This document shows positions 10,115 through 17,551 of a stretch of 64,000 nucleotides of DNA, piece after piece (position 1 is the first letter of the stretch; the number at the start of each line of letters is the position of its first letter). The stretch comes from a virus (lineage: Duplodnaviria > Heunggongvirae > Uroviricota > Caudoviricetes): the IMG/VR virus record IMGVR_UViG_3300024270_000011; one strand, given 5' to 3'. Below the pieces are notes generated by a model. It made no database searches. It saw only the letters and a program-made list of their open reading frames with translations, and was not told the DNA's origin. The position numbers and the translations under genes are program-made.

Positions 10115-10613
10115 TTTCTGTCTCCTCTCTTGGTGCCACAGTGAGCACCTGATATTTATATTTCTCATTCTCAGTAGGACGCTGGTACTGATGCCACATT
10201 CTGCGAACTACGCTCTTAGGAACGAAAGCTCGACCAGAACGCAAATCATTCTGTGCCAGACAAATGTCCAAAGGAATGTTGAAATCTACTGCGTACAGAT
10301 TGACCACATTGCGCAAGTCCAATCTGTCGAGAACTTTGTTGCGAGCCTTTTCGCTCAAGTGAGTTGCGTCGATGAAGACATTAGCAGGACCTGCCACATC
10401 TTCCAACGCCTCTTGGATTTTGGAACAAAAAGCGGAGAATACTTCGTTCTCACGAGCAAAGTAATCTTCGTCTTCTCCAATCATGGAAAATCGAACTTCA
10501 TCGCGAGAGATATGAACTCCACCGACATTGCTCATAGCGAGCTGGTTCTTAACCCAAGTAGTCTTGCCGGAACCCGGCACGCCACACATCAAAAACACAT
10601 TTTTCTGCTTCAT
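10107..10613 (-). CDS. P-loop kinase (AAA_33 / polynucleotide-kinase-like)
   Basis: 168 aa. Walker A GVPGSGKTT at N-terminus. Size and fold class of the T4 Pnk kinase domain / zeta-toxin-like kinases. Confidence 0.6.
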   Translation of the reverse strand: MKQKNVFLMCGVPGSGKTTWVKNQLAMSNVGGVHISRDEVRFSMIGEDEDYFARENEVFSAFCSKIQEALEDVAGPANVFIDATHLSEKARNKVLDRLDLRNVVNLYAVDFNIPLDICLAQNDLRSGRAFVPKSVVRRMWHQYQRPTENEKYKYQVLTVAPREETENE

Positions 10614-10880
10614 TTACATACCTCCTTTTTCAGATTCGATAAAGGACATAGACTCTGCAGCCTCTTCCTTATAATCTCCATTTTCAAAAGCTTCAAGAAA
10701 CTCCTGAACATCTTCGTAGGTTTTACACTCGATGTGATTTACCTCGACTTTGCAAAACGGACAGTAGAGCTTCTTTCGATGATGCTTACCATGCTGGAAA
10801 CCCTTGTTTCGCATCAGCGGAATACCCTTTTTACCACAGTTCATACAATAAAAATTATGCTCTACCATTGCTCTTGCCAT
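10614..10880 (-). CDS. zinc-ribbon protein
   Basis: 88 aa with CxxC...CxxC pairs. Confidence 0.45.
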   Translation of the reverse strand: MARAMVEHNFYCMNCGKKGIPLMRNKGFQHGKHHRKKLYCPFCKVEVNHIECKTYEDVQEFLEAFENGDYKEEAAESMSFIESEKGGM

Positions 10881-10927
10881 ATTTGTTCTCCATTTCTTAT
10901 CAACTTCTTTCTTTACCTTATATATAT

Positions 10928-10956
10928 ATTATATCATATTTTTTATAAAAAATCAA
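10928..10956 (-). promoter_or_regulatory. SigA-type promoter module (TTGATT-N17-TGaTATAAT)
   Basis: Conserved 40-bp module, exact 17-bp spacer. Confidence 0.65.
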
Positions 10957-10958
10957 AA

Positions 10959-11669
10959 TTACAGATAAGGTGTAGTGTTGAAGACCTCTTCTTCCCAAGT
11001 ATCAAGGTTCATCAGTGAGAAGTAACCTGTAAATACCGCACCTGCATCAATACAACACTTGTGACCATCACAGTACCAAATGGCGCCAGGTTCAACCTCG
11101 CCCATACGGCACGCAGGGTCAATTTCATCCAAGAGATATGGAGTAGGAGTGTGTCCATGAATTACAATCGCCTTTTTGAACATTTCATCTTCAGGCCACG
11201 CATCAAGGAAATGGTCTCGACTCCAAATCAAATCTTCGTCCCAGTTCCACGCGAGTTGTCCGTCGCGCTCACGAGGAGTGAAGCCTGCATGAGAGAGATA
11301 TACGGTCTCGCCTTGCGCATTTACATAAACGGCTTTTGTTGGAAGCTGAAGCATCTTGATTCTCCACTGAGCCCAATCTTCTTCCTCCATACACTGCTTG
11401 TAGGTGTTTCCACCGCCGTTGCTACGAAGCAGGTTGTAGTTACGACCGAATCCCTTACCAAGAGCGTTAACGAGCATATCCTCGTGGTTTCCCTTAATGT
11501 AAATAAACTGAGGGTCATTCAAAATTGCTTTGATACATTCCCAAGGTTCGGGACCGCGGTCACCAGCATCGCCCAAGAAATACACAATATCATCGGGCTG
11601 AAGAAACTCTTTAATTGTCTTGTAAAATACCATCATTCCGTGAATATCAGAACAAGCATAATGAGCCAT
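10959..11669 (-). CDS. Ser/Thr protein phosphatase family metallophosphatase (lambda-PPase/ApaH-like)
   Basis: Motifs DIHG, GDAGDRG, GNHE, HGHT. Confidence 0.75.
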   Translation of the reverse strand: MAHYACSDIHGMMVFYKTIKEFLQPDDIVYFLGDAGDRGPEPWECIKAILNDPQFIYIKGNHEDMLVNALGKGFGRNYNLLRSNGGGNTYKQCMEEEDWAQWRIKMLQLPTKAVYVNAQGETVYLSHAGFTPRERDGQLAWNWDEDLIWSRDHFLDAWPEDEMFKKAIVIHGHTPTPYLLDEIDPACRMGEVEPGAIWYCDGHKCCIDAGAVFTGYFSLMNLDTWEEEVFNTTPYL

Positions 11670-11718
11670 CGCTAATCGCTCCTTTCTTTTTTTATTTATT
11701 TCTTAACTTTGTATATAT

Positions 11719-11747
11719 ATTATAACATATTTTTTTATAAAAATCAA
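11719..11747 (-). promoter_or_regulatory. SigA-type promoter module
   Basis: TTGATT-N17-TGTTATAAT on the minus strand. Confidence 0.65.
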
Positions 11748-11775
11748 AAAAGGACTTATGGTTTACATAAGTCCT
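11746..11775 (-). terminator. rho-independent terminator with conserved TTATGGTTTACATAA loop
   Basis: AGGACTTATGGTTTACATAAGTCCT hairpin. Its T-run on the minus strand overlaps the -35 of the downstream promoter. Confidence 0.55.
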
Positions 11776-11782
11776 CTTCTGT

Positions 11783-12574
11783 TTAGAAATGCCAATGATA
11801 ATTGTCGTTACGACCTTCGGCGCGAGGGCCAGGCAAGTTAATGCATTTCTTGTGTTCATTTCTTGCATGACGCTGGCTCATATTACGCCAAGTATCGACA
11901 TCGGGGATAATGTCCAGAAGCAGATAATCATCAATCTGGTCATAAGTTACGCCCATATTGTCTTCATCAGTCTGACCAGTCATACCATCCGCAGGCGCCT
12001 TATCAACCAGGTGACGAGGGATTTCCTTCATCGCACGACCCATCATGAGAACTTCACGAACAGTCAGCTCCTGGAACAGATGGAAGTCGCCGGCGAGATC
12101 GCCATACTTGGTGGTGTAACCAATCCAACCCTCGGACCAGTTACCAGTATTGACTACACGACCTCCATAAATTGCTGCGATAGCATATAGAGTTACCATA
12201 CGCATACGAGCAGGAACATTAGTGCGAACAGCAGGAATTTCGCAATCACCACGACCCACGCAACCATAAAATGCATCAACTGCAGGCTCGATATTGATTT
12301 CATCATACTTGATACCAAGAGCCTCGCAGACTTCATAGGAATGCGCGATGTCTGCCTGAGTGCCACAAGGCATCAATACGCCGTGAACCCTGTCTGCGCC
12401 CAGTGCTCGGACAAGCAGGGCGGCCGCAATTGTAGAATCCTTACCGCCGGAAATACCGATGATAGCTTTGGTCTCGGGACCGGCATTCTTCACGAAATAT
12501 TTACGAATCCACTCAACAGTGTATTCAATCTGATATTTGGGGTCAAATTCCCACTTTCTCTTATCCTTACCCAT
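11783..12574 (-). CDS. nadE: NH3-dependent NAD+ synthetase
   Basis: 263 aa. PP-loop SGGKDS (GISGGKDSTIAAAL). NadE size and layout. Confidence 0.8.
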   Translation of the reverse strand: MGKDKRKWEFDPKYQIEYTVEWIRKYFVKNAGPETKAIIGISGGKDSTIAAALLVRALGADRVHGVLMPCGTQADIAHSYEVCEALGIKYDEINIEPAVDAFYGCVGRGDCEIPAVRTNVPARMRMVTLYAIAAIYGGRVVNTGNWSEGWIGYTTKYGDLAGDFHLFQELTVREVLMMGRAMKEIPRHLVDKAPADGMTGQTDEDNMGVTYDQIDDYLLLDIIPDVDTWRNMSQRHARNEHKKCINLPGPRAEGRNDNYHWHF

Positions 12575-12575
12575 T

Positions 12576-13079
12576 TTACTTTCCTCCGTTATAATGAACG
12601 ATATAGACTATATAGTCTTCATCAAAAACTTCTCGAATCATTGCTTCGATTACATTCCAGTTTGCGCCACCGCGGTCACAGCCAATCAGATAAGGGAAAC
12701 CGATTGTAGACCCCTTAGGAAGAACCTGCTTGAGATTATTCAAACAAATCCAAAACGCATCATAGGAAGTGTAACGCTTGCCATCATAACCATAGTTATT
12801 CTGTGCAAACATATTGCAGACATGTTGATGTTTAATGTCTTTCATAAAGTCCTCATACAGAGGAACGAGCTGAACATCACCAAGCATCATATTAACGCCC
12901 AATGTTACCATTGCATCATATTTTGCTCGATATGCATCATAAACTTGCGGGTAGGTATCGCGAATCTGCTTCGCGATACCAGACGCCATTTTACCCTGAC
13001 AATTCACCTGATGGCAAATCACATCAAGATTCATGTCTTTCTGTACTTTGAGTAAGTCACCAGGCATATGAACTATCAT
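12576..13079 (-). CDS. macro-domain protein (ADP-ribose / O-acetyl-ADP-ribose processing)
   Basis: 167 aa. ICHQVNCQGKMASGIAKQI and GFPYLIGCDRGG match macro-domain signatures. Confidence 0.7.
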   Translation of the reverse strand: MIVHMPGDLLKVQKDMNLDVICHQVNCQGKMASGIAKQIRDTYPQVYDAYRAKYDAMVTLGVNMMLGDVQLVPLYEDFMKDIKHQHVCNMFAQNNYGYDGKRYTSYDAFWICLNNLKQVLPKGSTIGFPYLIGCDRGGANWNVIEAMIREVFDEDYIVYIVHYNGGK

Positions 13080-14551
13080 TAGTGTACCTCCGGATAAAGA
13101 TTTGCACGAATCTGCTGGAAAGTCTGCAGATTGTAGTACTGACCATCCTTGTAGATAGTCTTCATAACAGTGAGATTGTCGTCAACCCACTCAGAGAAAC
13201 CATCAATGCACTCGAAAGTGCCATCGGGATGCTTCTGAACCATGCAGCAACCCTTCTGAGACTTCTTCAGTCCGCCAACGTCGGTCTTAGGGTCCTTGTA
13301 GATAGGAACTTCCTTACCACCGAAGACACCATAAGTAGCCTTCATAGCCATGCCCCAAGTATCACGAGTCAGAACAGTGAACTTGTTGTCCGGGCTGAAC
13401 AGAGCGTGGAAACAGAAAGCGCCAACGCCGAAGACCACATTAGTGGAAGCAAAGCCCAGTTTTTCGAGGGATTCATAAATCTGCTCAACGCGGTTCAGAG
13501 TGCAGCCATCGCCGTAAATCAGACCAATATGAGGGTCGAGGACCTTGTAACCAGCAGCATTGATAGTGCCGCCAAAAACATCCCACAGCTTCTGGATAGT
13601 GCCAACGGAGATAGCAACCATGTCGCCGGAGTCAGGACGAATGAGCAGTTTGCCATTGTGGGCGAGAATTTCGTCCTTGCAAGCAGGAATGATATTGTTT
13701 ACCATATTCCAGTAGTCATAGGTATCAGATACCATAGAGAAACTGGTATTAGGATAGATTTCAGTCAGCATACGCTTTACGAAAGTAATTTCATCACCAT
13801 CGATTGCGTAGTTAGCAGCCATAACAGAGTGCTCAGTGGAAACGGCGCCAATGCCAATCTTGTGCTCTGCACAGTTAGCATAGTAGTACTCGTCCAGATA
13901 AGGCAGAGCAGGAATGGTAGAAGTCTTATTGAAAGACAGGAGCCAAGAAGCAGAGCAACGAGTTGCATCTTCCAGGCAGCTCATGCCACGGAAACCGAAG
14001 TCAGCCATTGCCATATAAGGGTCGGCGCCAGGTGCGGTATGAGAATAGAACTTCTCAGCAACCTTGTGGTACTCCCAACCTACGGTCGCATATGCGCACA
14101 TAGGCCACACTTCAGTCTGAAGCAGGCACTCAAGCCACTGAATAACCCAGGCGAAACGAGGATGGGTATTGCGCATCTCAACCAGAGGAATTCCCATATT
14201 GATTACAGAACCCTCGGGAATTGCGCGGATTTCTACGGGCAGGTAGCCCAGTTCATGCAGTTCGACGATACGGTCTCGCGCCACATTGCCAAGACCAAGG
14301 TGGGCATCGATGTAATGGTCATATTCATACATAACCTGTTCGATGGTTTCATAGAAGAACTCTTCAAAGCCCTTCTGCATATCCATAATGAAAGGCTGAA
14401 TACCATAAACAACCATCTTAGGGAAGTTGTCATTCATTGCCTTTCGAGCAGTCAGATAAGATACCAGATACTCCTGGTTATCGGGATACATCAGAGGGTG
14501 GCACTGCTTATAAGAGTCACTGTACAGCATAATCATCTTACGAAAATTCAT
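13079..14551 (-). CDS. nadV: nicotinamide phosphoribosyltransferase (NAMPT/NadV)
   Basis: 490 aa. NAMPT-like MVSDTYDYWN motif and overall length. Plus ORF 13082-14656 is its shadow. Confidence 0.8.
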   Translation of the reverse strand: MNFRKMIMLYSDSYKQCHPLMYPDNQEYLVSYLTARKAMNDNFPKMVVYGIQPFIMDMQKGFEEFFYETIEQVMYEYDHYIDAHLGLGNVARDRIVELHELGYLPVEIRAIPEGSVINMGIPLVEMRNTHPRFAWVIQWLECLLQTEVWPMCAYATVGWEYHKVAEKFYSHTAPGADPYMAMADFGFRGMSCLEDATRCSASWLLSFNKTSTIPALPYLDEYYYANCAEHKIGIGAVSTEHSVMAANYAIDGDEITFVKRMLTEIYPNTSFSMVSDTYDYWNMVNNIIPACKDEILAHNGKLLIRPDSGDMVAISVGTIQKLWDVFGGTINAAGYKVLDPHIGLIYGDGCTLNRVEQIYESLEKLGFASTNVVFGVGAFCFHALFSPDNKFTVLTRDTWGMAMKATYGVFGGKEVPIYKDPKTDVGGLKKSQKGCCMVQKHPDGTFECIDGFSEWVDDNLTVMKTIYKDGQYYNLQTFQQIRANLYPEVH

Positions 14552-14569
14552 ATCTTAAATCTCCTTTTC

Positions 14570-15106
14570 TTATTCAAAATCGCCTTTGATATCAACTTCA
14601 ATGTCATTCGGAATAATATCCGCTGCGCCTTGAACTTCTTCAAAGACGCGATTTAAGTAGCCGTCAATTGCAGCTTCGAATTCAGATTCTGTACAATCTT
14701 CTGAAACTCCAACTTCACTCGGCTCAAAAGTGAATAGATAAGTTACTGACACATAGGCTTGTTTCTTCATCTTAGGCTTCCTTTCTGCATGACCGCAGGT
14801 AGCAATTGCTTCGGCATCGCCAGGACATCTCTGGGTGCCGCAATGACTACAAAATTCCTTTTGAAAATATTCAATCATATGAGGCTGAAGAATGTATTGC
14901 TTTTTACCATCAACCCATTTCCAAAAGAAGCGACCAGAGCGAGGATAGCAGAAATTGGGATTTTCAAAATCCGCCTTTACATTAGATTGCGCTACTGGTA
15001 AACCGGGTGACCACGGCCACCAACCAATAGGTACGAAATCAATTCCATCAGCTTCTGGGCATTTCGCCCATTCTTTTTCCCAAAATTCATTCATTGTATA
15101 CACCAT
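14570..15106 (-). CDS. hypothetical protein (Trp-rich, Cys cluster)
   Basis: 178-aa ORF. Confidence 0.45.
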   Translation of the reverse strand: MVYTMNEFWEKEWAKCPEADGIDFVPIGWWPWSPGLPVAQSNVKADFENPNFCYPRSGRFFWKWVDGKKQYILQPHMIEYFQKEFCSHCGTQRCPGDAEAIATCGHAERKPKMKKQAYVSVTYLFTFEPSEVGVSEDCTESEFEAAIDGYLNRVFEEVQGAADIIPNDIEVDIKGDFE

Positions 15107-15275
15107 TCTTTCCTTCTTTGTAGTACCCAGCGCATCTCAACTTGCTGAGAGGAACGGGTTTATGGTCTGAGAAATACAAGGTTCCTTTATCAGACACTCT
15201 ATACTTAGCTACCTCTTGGGTGCCATCTTTGTAAATTAACAGTAACTTTTTGCCTTTAATAAAGTGCTGATGCAT
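15087..15275 (-). CDS. hypothetical small protein
   Basis: 62-aa ORF directly after promoter module. Confidence 0.35.
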   Translation of the reverse strand: MHQHFIKGKKLLLIYKDGTQEVAKYRVSDKGTLYFSDHKPVPLSKLRCAGYYKEGKNGVYNE

Positions 15276-15325
15276 GGCTTTTCTCCTTTTCTCTTGTTTT
15301 TTTCTCTTTCCTTACTTTCTATATA

Positions 15326-15354
15326 TATTATAACATATTTTTATTAAAAAATCA
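15326..15354 (-). promoter_or_regulatory. SigA-type promoter module
   Basis: TTGATT-N17-TGTTATAAT. Confidence 0.65.
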
Positions 15355-15381
15355 AAGAAGCCCTATTTGCATAGGGCTTCT
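15349..15381 (-). terminator. rho-independent terminator
   Basis: GAAGCCCTATTTGCATAGGGCTTC hairpin followed by a T-run on the minus strand, merging into the promoter -35. Confidence 0.55.
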
Positions 15382-15392
15382 CTATCTTTTCT

Positions 15393-15908
15393 TTATTCAA
15401 AAGTAATGGACAGCTCGTCCGTACGATAGAGCTCATTCCAATCAGCGTCGTAAATTGCCAGTTTAAAGGCAATTTTATCAATGCTTTCTGTAATGTTATT
15501 GCGGTCAAGGTCTTCCTTCATAAACGAGAAGGTTTCATTTGCCTTTTTACCTTCCGCAATTTCAATCGTGAAATAAGGGTCAATCATACAGTCATTAACC
15601 GAAGTCTCGACCATGGCAACATAGATTGTCTTATCTGTTGGGTTCTCAACATAAACATCAACAGTATAAGCATCCCAGAAGTCGTCACGATAAGGTTTAC
15701 TTGTTACTCTGAAGATGACACGGTCATTAGAAACCAAAGTAACAGGATTAAAAACGACTTCGTCCACAGCAGTCTCATCCTCGGAAGGGTCAATAGTTTC
15801 GGAAATCGAAGTGTCCGGCTCGGTTGTGTCAGGAGCAGGGTCGCCCGCACAGGCAACCAAGCTGAAACACATACACAGAGCCAAAATCAAAGCCAAAAAC
15901 TTTTTCAT
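15393..15908 (-). CDS. lipoprotein
   Basis: 171 aa. Signal peptide with lipobox SLVAC. Confidence 0.6.
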   Translation of the reverse strand: MKKFLALILALCMCFSLVACAGDPAPDTTEPDTSISETIDPSEDETAVDEVVFNPVTLVSNDRVIFRVTSKPYRDDFWDAYTVDVYVENPTDKTIYVAMVETSVNDCMIDPYFTIEIAEGKKANETFSFMKEDLDRNNITESIDKIAFKLAIYDADWNELYRTDELSITFE

Positions 15909-15925
15909 TTGGTTCAGTTCCTTTC

Positions 15926-16699
15926 TTAAATAATCTCAATCAGTTCATTCTGAGCATTTCCAGGGAAGATGCTATTGGTAGTGAAAATCTTCTCTACCAG
16001 ACCAGAATTCACCAAATCTCCATTGAAAATAGTCATCTCACAGTGAGTGACATAGAGATAAACCTTTGCTGCGCCAGCGTCCTTGAGAGCCTTAGCAGTA
16101 TGGTAGAAAGTGCCACCACGAGAGCAGATATCGTCAACAATCAGAACATTCTTGCCGACAACTACATCGGGATGCATGAGGTCCAGACCCTCAATCTTAC
16201 CATCTGCCCAGTTACGACGCTTCACGCCAAAGGAATAAGGCTTGTTTACCATACCAGAGTAACGCTTCATTGCGCCCTCGTCAGGGTAGCACATAACCAG
16301 ATTTTCGTCTGCAATCTTTTCGATTACAGTTTCGATATGGGCCTGTGCAGATACAACCTGCACATTATCCAGAAGAGCCTCGCACACATTGGAATGGGGG
16401 TCTTCGATGTACACAGCAGCAAATCCCAGGTCATTGATGGTTTCGCAGAAATACTTCAGCGTAAACACATCAGTAGGAGCCTTAACCCGGTCCATACGAG
16501 CGTGAGGGCAGTAAGGCATATACAGGCTCAGAGGAAGGTGCTGATAGTGCTTGCGGATGCAGATGATGGTAAACAACTCGGCATCATTCTCATAATTCCA
16601 GATTACCAGGCCGTTTTCCAGCTGCTCCGGCAGATGCATGAGCAGGGTGTTGTCGGGATAAGAAAGCTGGTCAATTACAACATTTCCAATTCGAATCAT
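15926..16699 (-). CDS. prs: ribose-phosphate pyrophosphokinase-like (PRPP synthetase family)
   Basis: 257 aa. PRPP-binding loop VLIVDDICSRGGT and Prs-like HARMDRV region. Shorter than canonical Prs. Confidence 0.6.
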   Translation of the reverse strand: MIRIGNVVIDQLSYPDNTLLMHLPEQLENGLVIWNYENDAELFTIICIRKHYQHLPLSLYMPYCPHARMDRVKAPTDVFTLKYFCETINDLGFAAVYIEDPHSNVCEALLDNVQVVSAQAHIETVIEKIADENLVMCYPDEGAMKRYSGMVNKPYSFGVKRRNWADGKIEGLDLMHPDVVVGKNVLIVDDICSRGGTFYHTAKALKDAGAAKVYLYVTHCEMTIFNGDLVNSGLVEKIFTTNSIFPGNAQNELIEII

Positions 16700-16700
16700 A

Positions 16701-16889
16701 TTACTTCTCCTTTATCAATCTACTATAAACTTCTTCGATTCGGTCACTATCTTCCCATCCCATCTGCCTATATGCAGCCAATCTCAATATTGCACAATAC
16801 TTTTTGAAATTTTGCTTTGCATATATGAAGAGGGATGGGGAGTAAGGAATATCGTTTTGCTTTAGAAAAGCAATTTGTTCATCATTCAT
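16701..16889 (-). CDS. hypothetical small protein
   Basis: 62-aa ORF. Confidence 0.3.
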   Translation of the reverse strand: MNDEQIAFLKQNDIPYSPSLFIYAKQNFKKYCAILRLAAYRQMGWEDSDRIEEVYSRLIKEK

Positions 16890-17454
16890 TGATAACCTTA
16901 ATCTGGCAAGACTTCATAGTTTCCAGAGCTGCCAGATGACGCTCGGGAGTAACGCCGGCGCAGCAACTTGCGTCAACAGTTACCTGCACTTCAGGGCAGT
17001 AAGCCTTAATCAGCATTGCATTGGAAACAACGCAGATATCGGTGCAAACGCCCATGAGGATAACCTCGTCGATAGGATTGTCGGGGAGAATGTCGCGGAT
17101 AATCTCAGCCAGGCGGATAGAACCAAAGGTATTCTTGAGAACACGGCTCTTCATAATGTCCTTAGCAGAGTAGAAGCAGAAATTGCTACCATAGTCCACA
17201 ACGCTGGAAATCTGCTTATTAATGCTCCAGCCCGGAGTACCCTCGATACAGTGGGGAACAGGCAGGTTCTTACCCTCCTGGGTATCCATATAGTCAGCGT
17301 AATGGGTGTCCTTGGTGAACATAATCAGATTATCACCGGCGTTCAGTTCTTTCAGACGCTCCACCATCACAGGAACGATTGCCTGAGCCTCAGGACTACC
17401 CAGGGCGCCATCGATGAAATCATTCTGCATATCAACTACAACAATAACTTTCAT
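16882..17454 (-). CDS. pncA: isochorismatase-family hydrolase, probable nicotinamidase
   Basis: 190 aa. VVVDMQNDF and GVCTDICV catalytic motifs. Sits in the NAD-salvage cluster. Confidence 0.65.
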   Translation of the reverse strand: MKVIVVVDMQNDFIDGALGSPEAQAIVPVMVERLKELNAGDNLIMFTKDTHYADYMDTQEGKNLPVPHCIEGTPGWSINKQISSVVDYGSNFCFYSAKDIMKSRVLKNTFGSIRLAEIIRDILPDNPIDEVILMGVCTDICVVSNAMLIKAYCPEVQVTVDASCCAGVTPERHLAALETMKSCQIKVINE

Positions 17455-17488
17455 AAGGTATTAACTCCTTTTCTTACTTTATATATAT

Positions 17489-17517
17489 ATTATAACATAT
17501 ATTTTATAAAAAATCAA
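17489..17517 (-). promoter_or_regulatory. SigA-type promoter module
   Basis: TTGATT-N17-TGTTATAAT. Confidence 0.65.
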
Positions 17518-17540
17518 GGGCGAGGTTTTACCCTCGCCCT
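17512..17540 (-). terminator. rho-independent terminator after MVP gene
   Basis: GGGCGAGGTTTTACCCTCGCCC hairpin plus a T-run on the minus strand. Overlaps the promoter -35. Confidence 0.55.
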
Positions 17541-17551
17541 CTATCTATCTC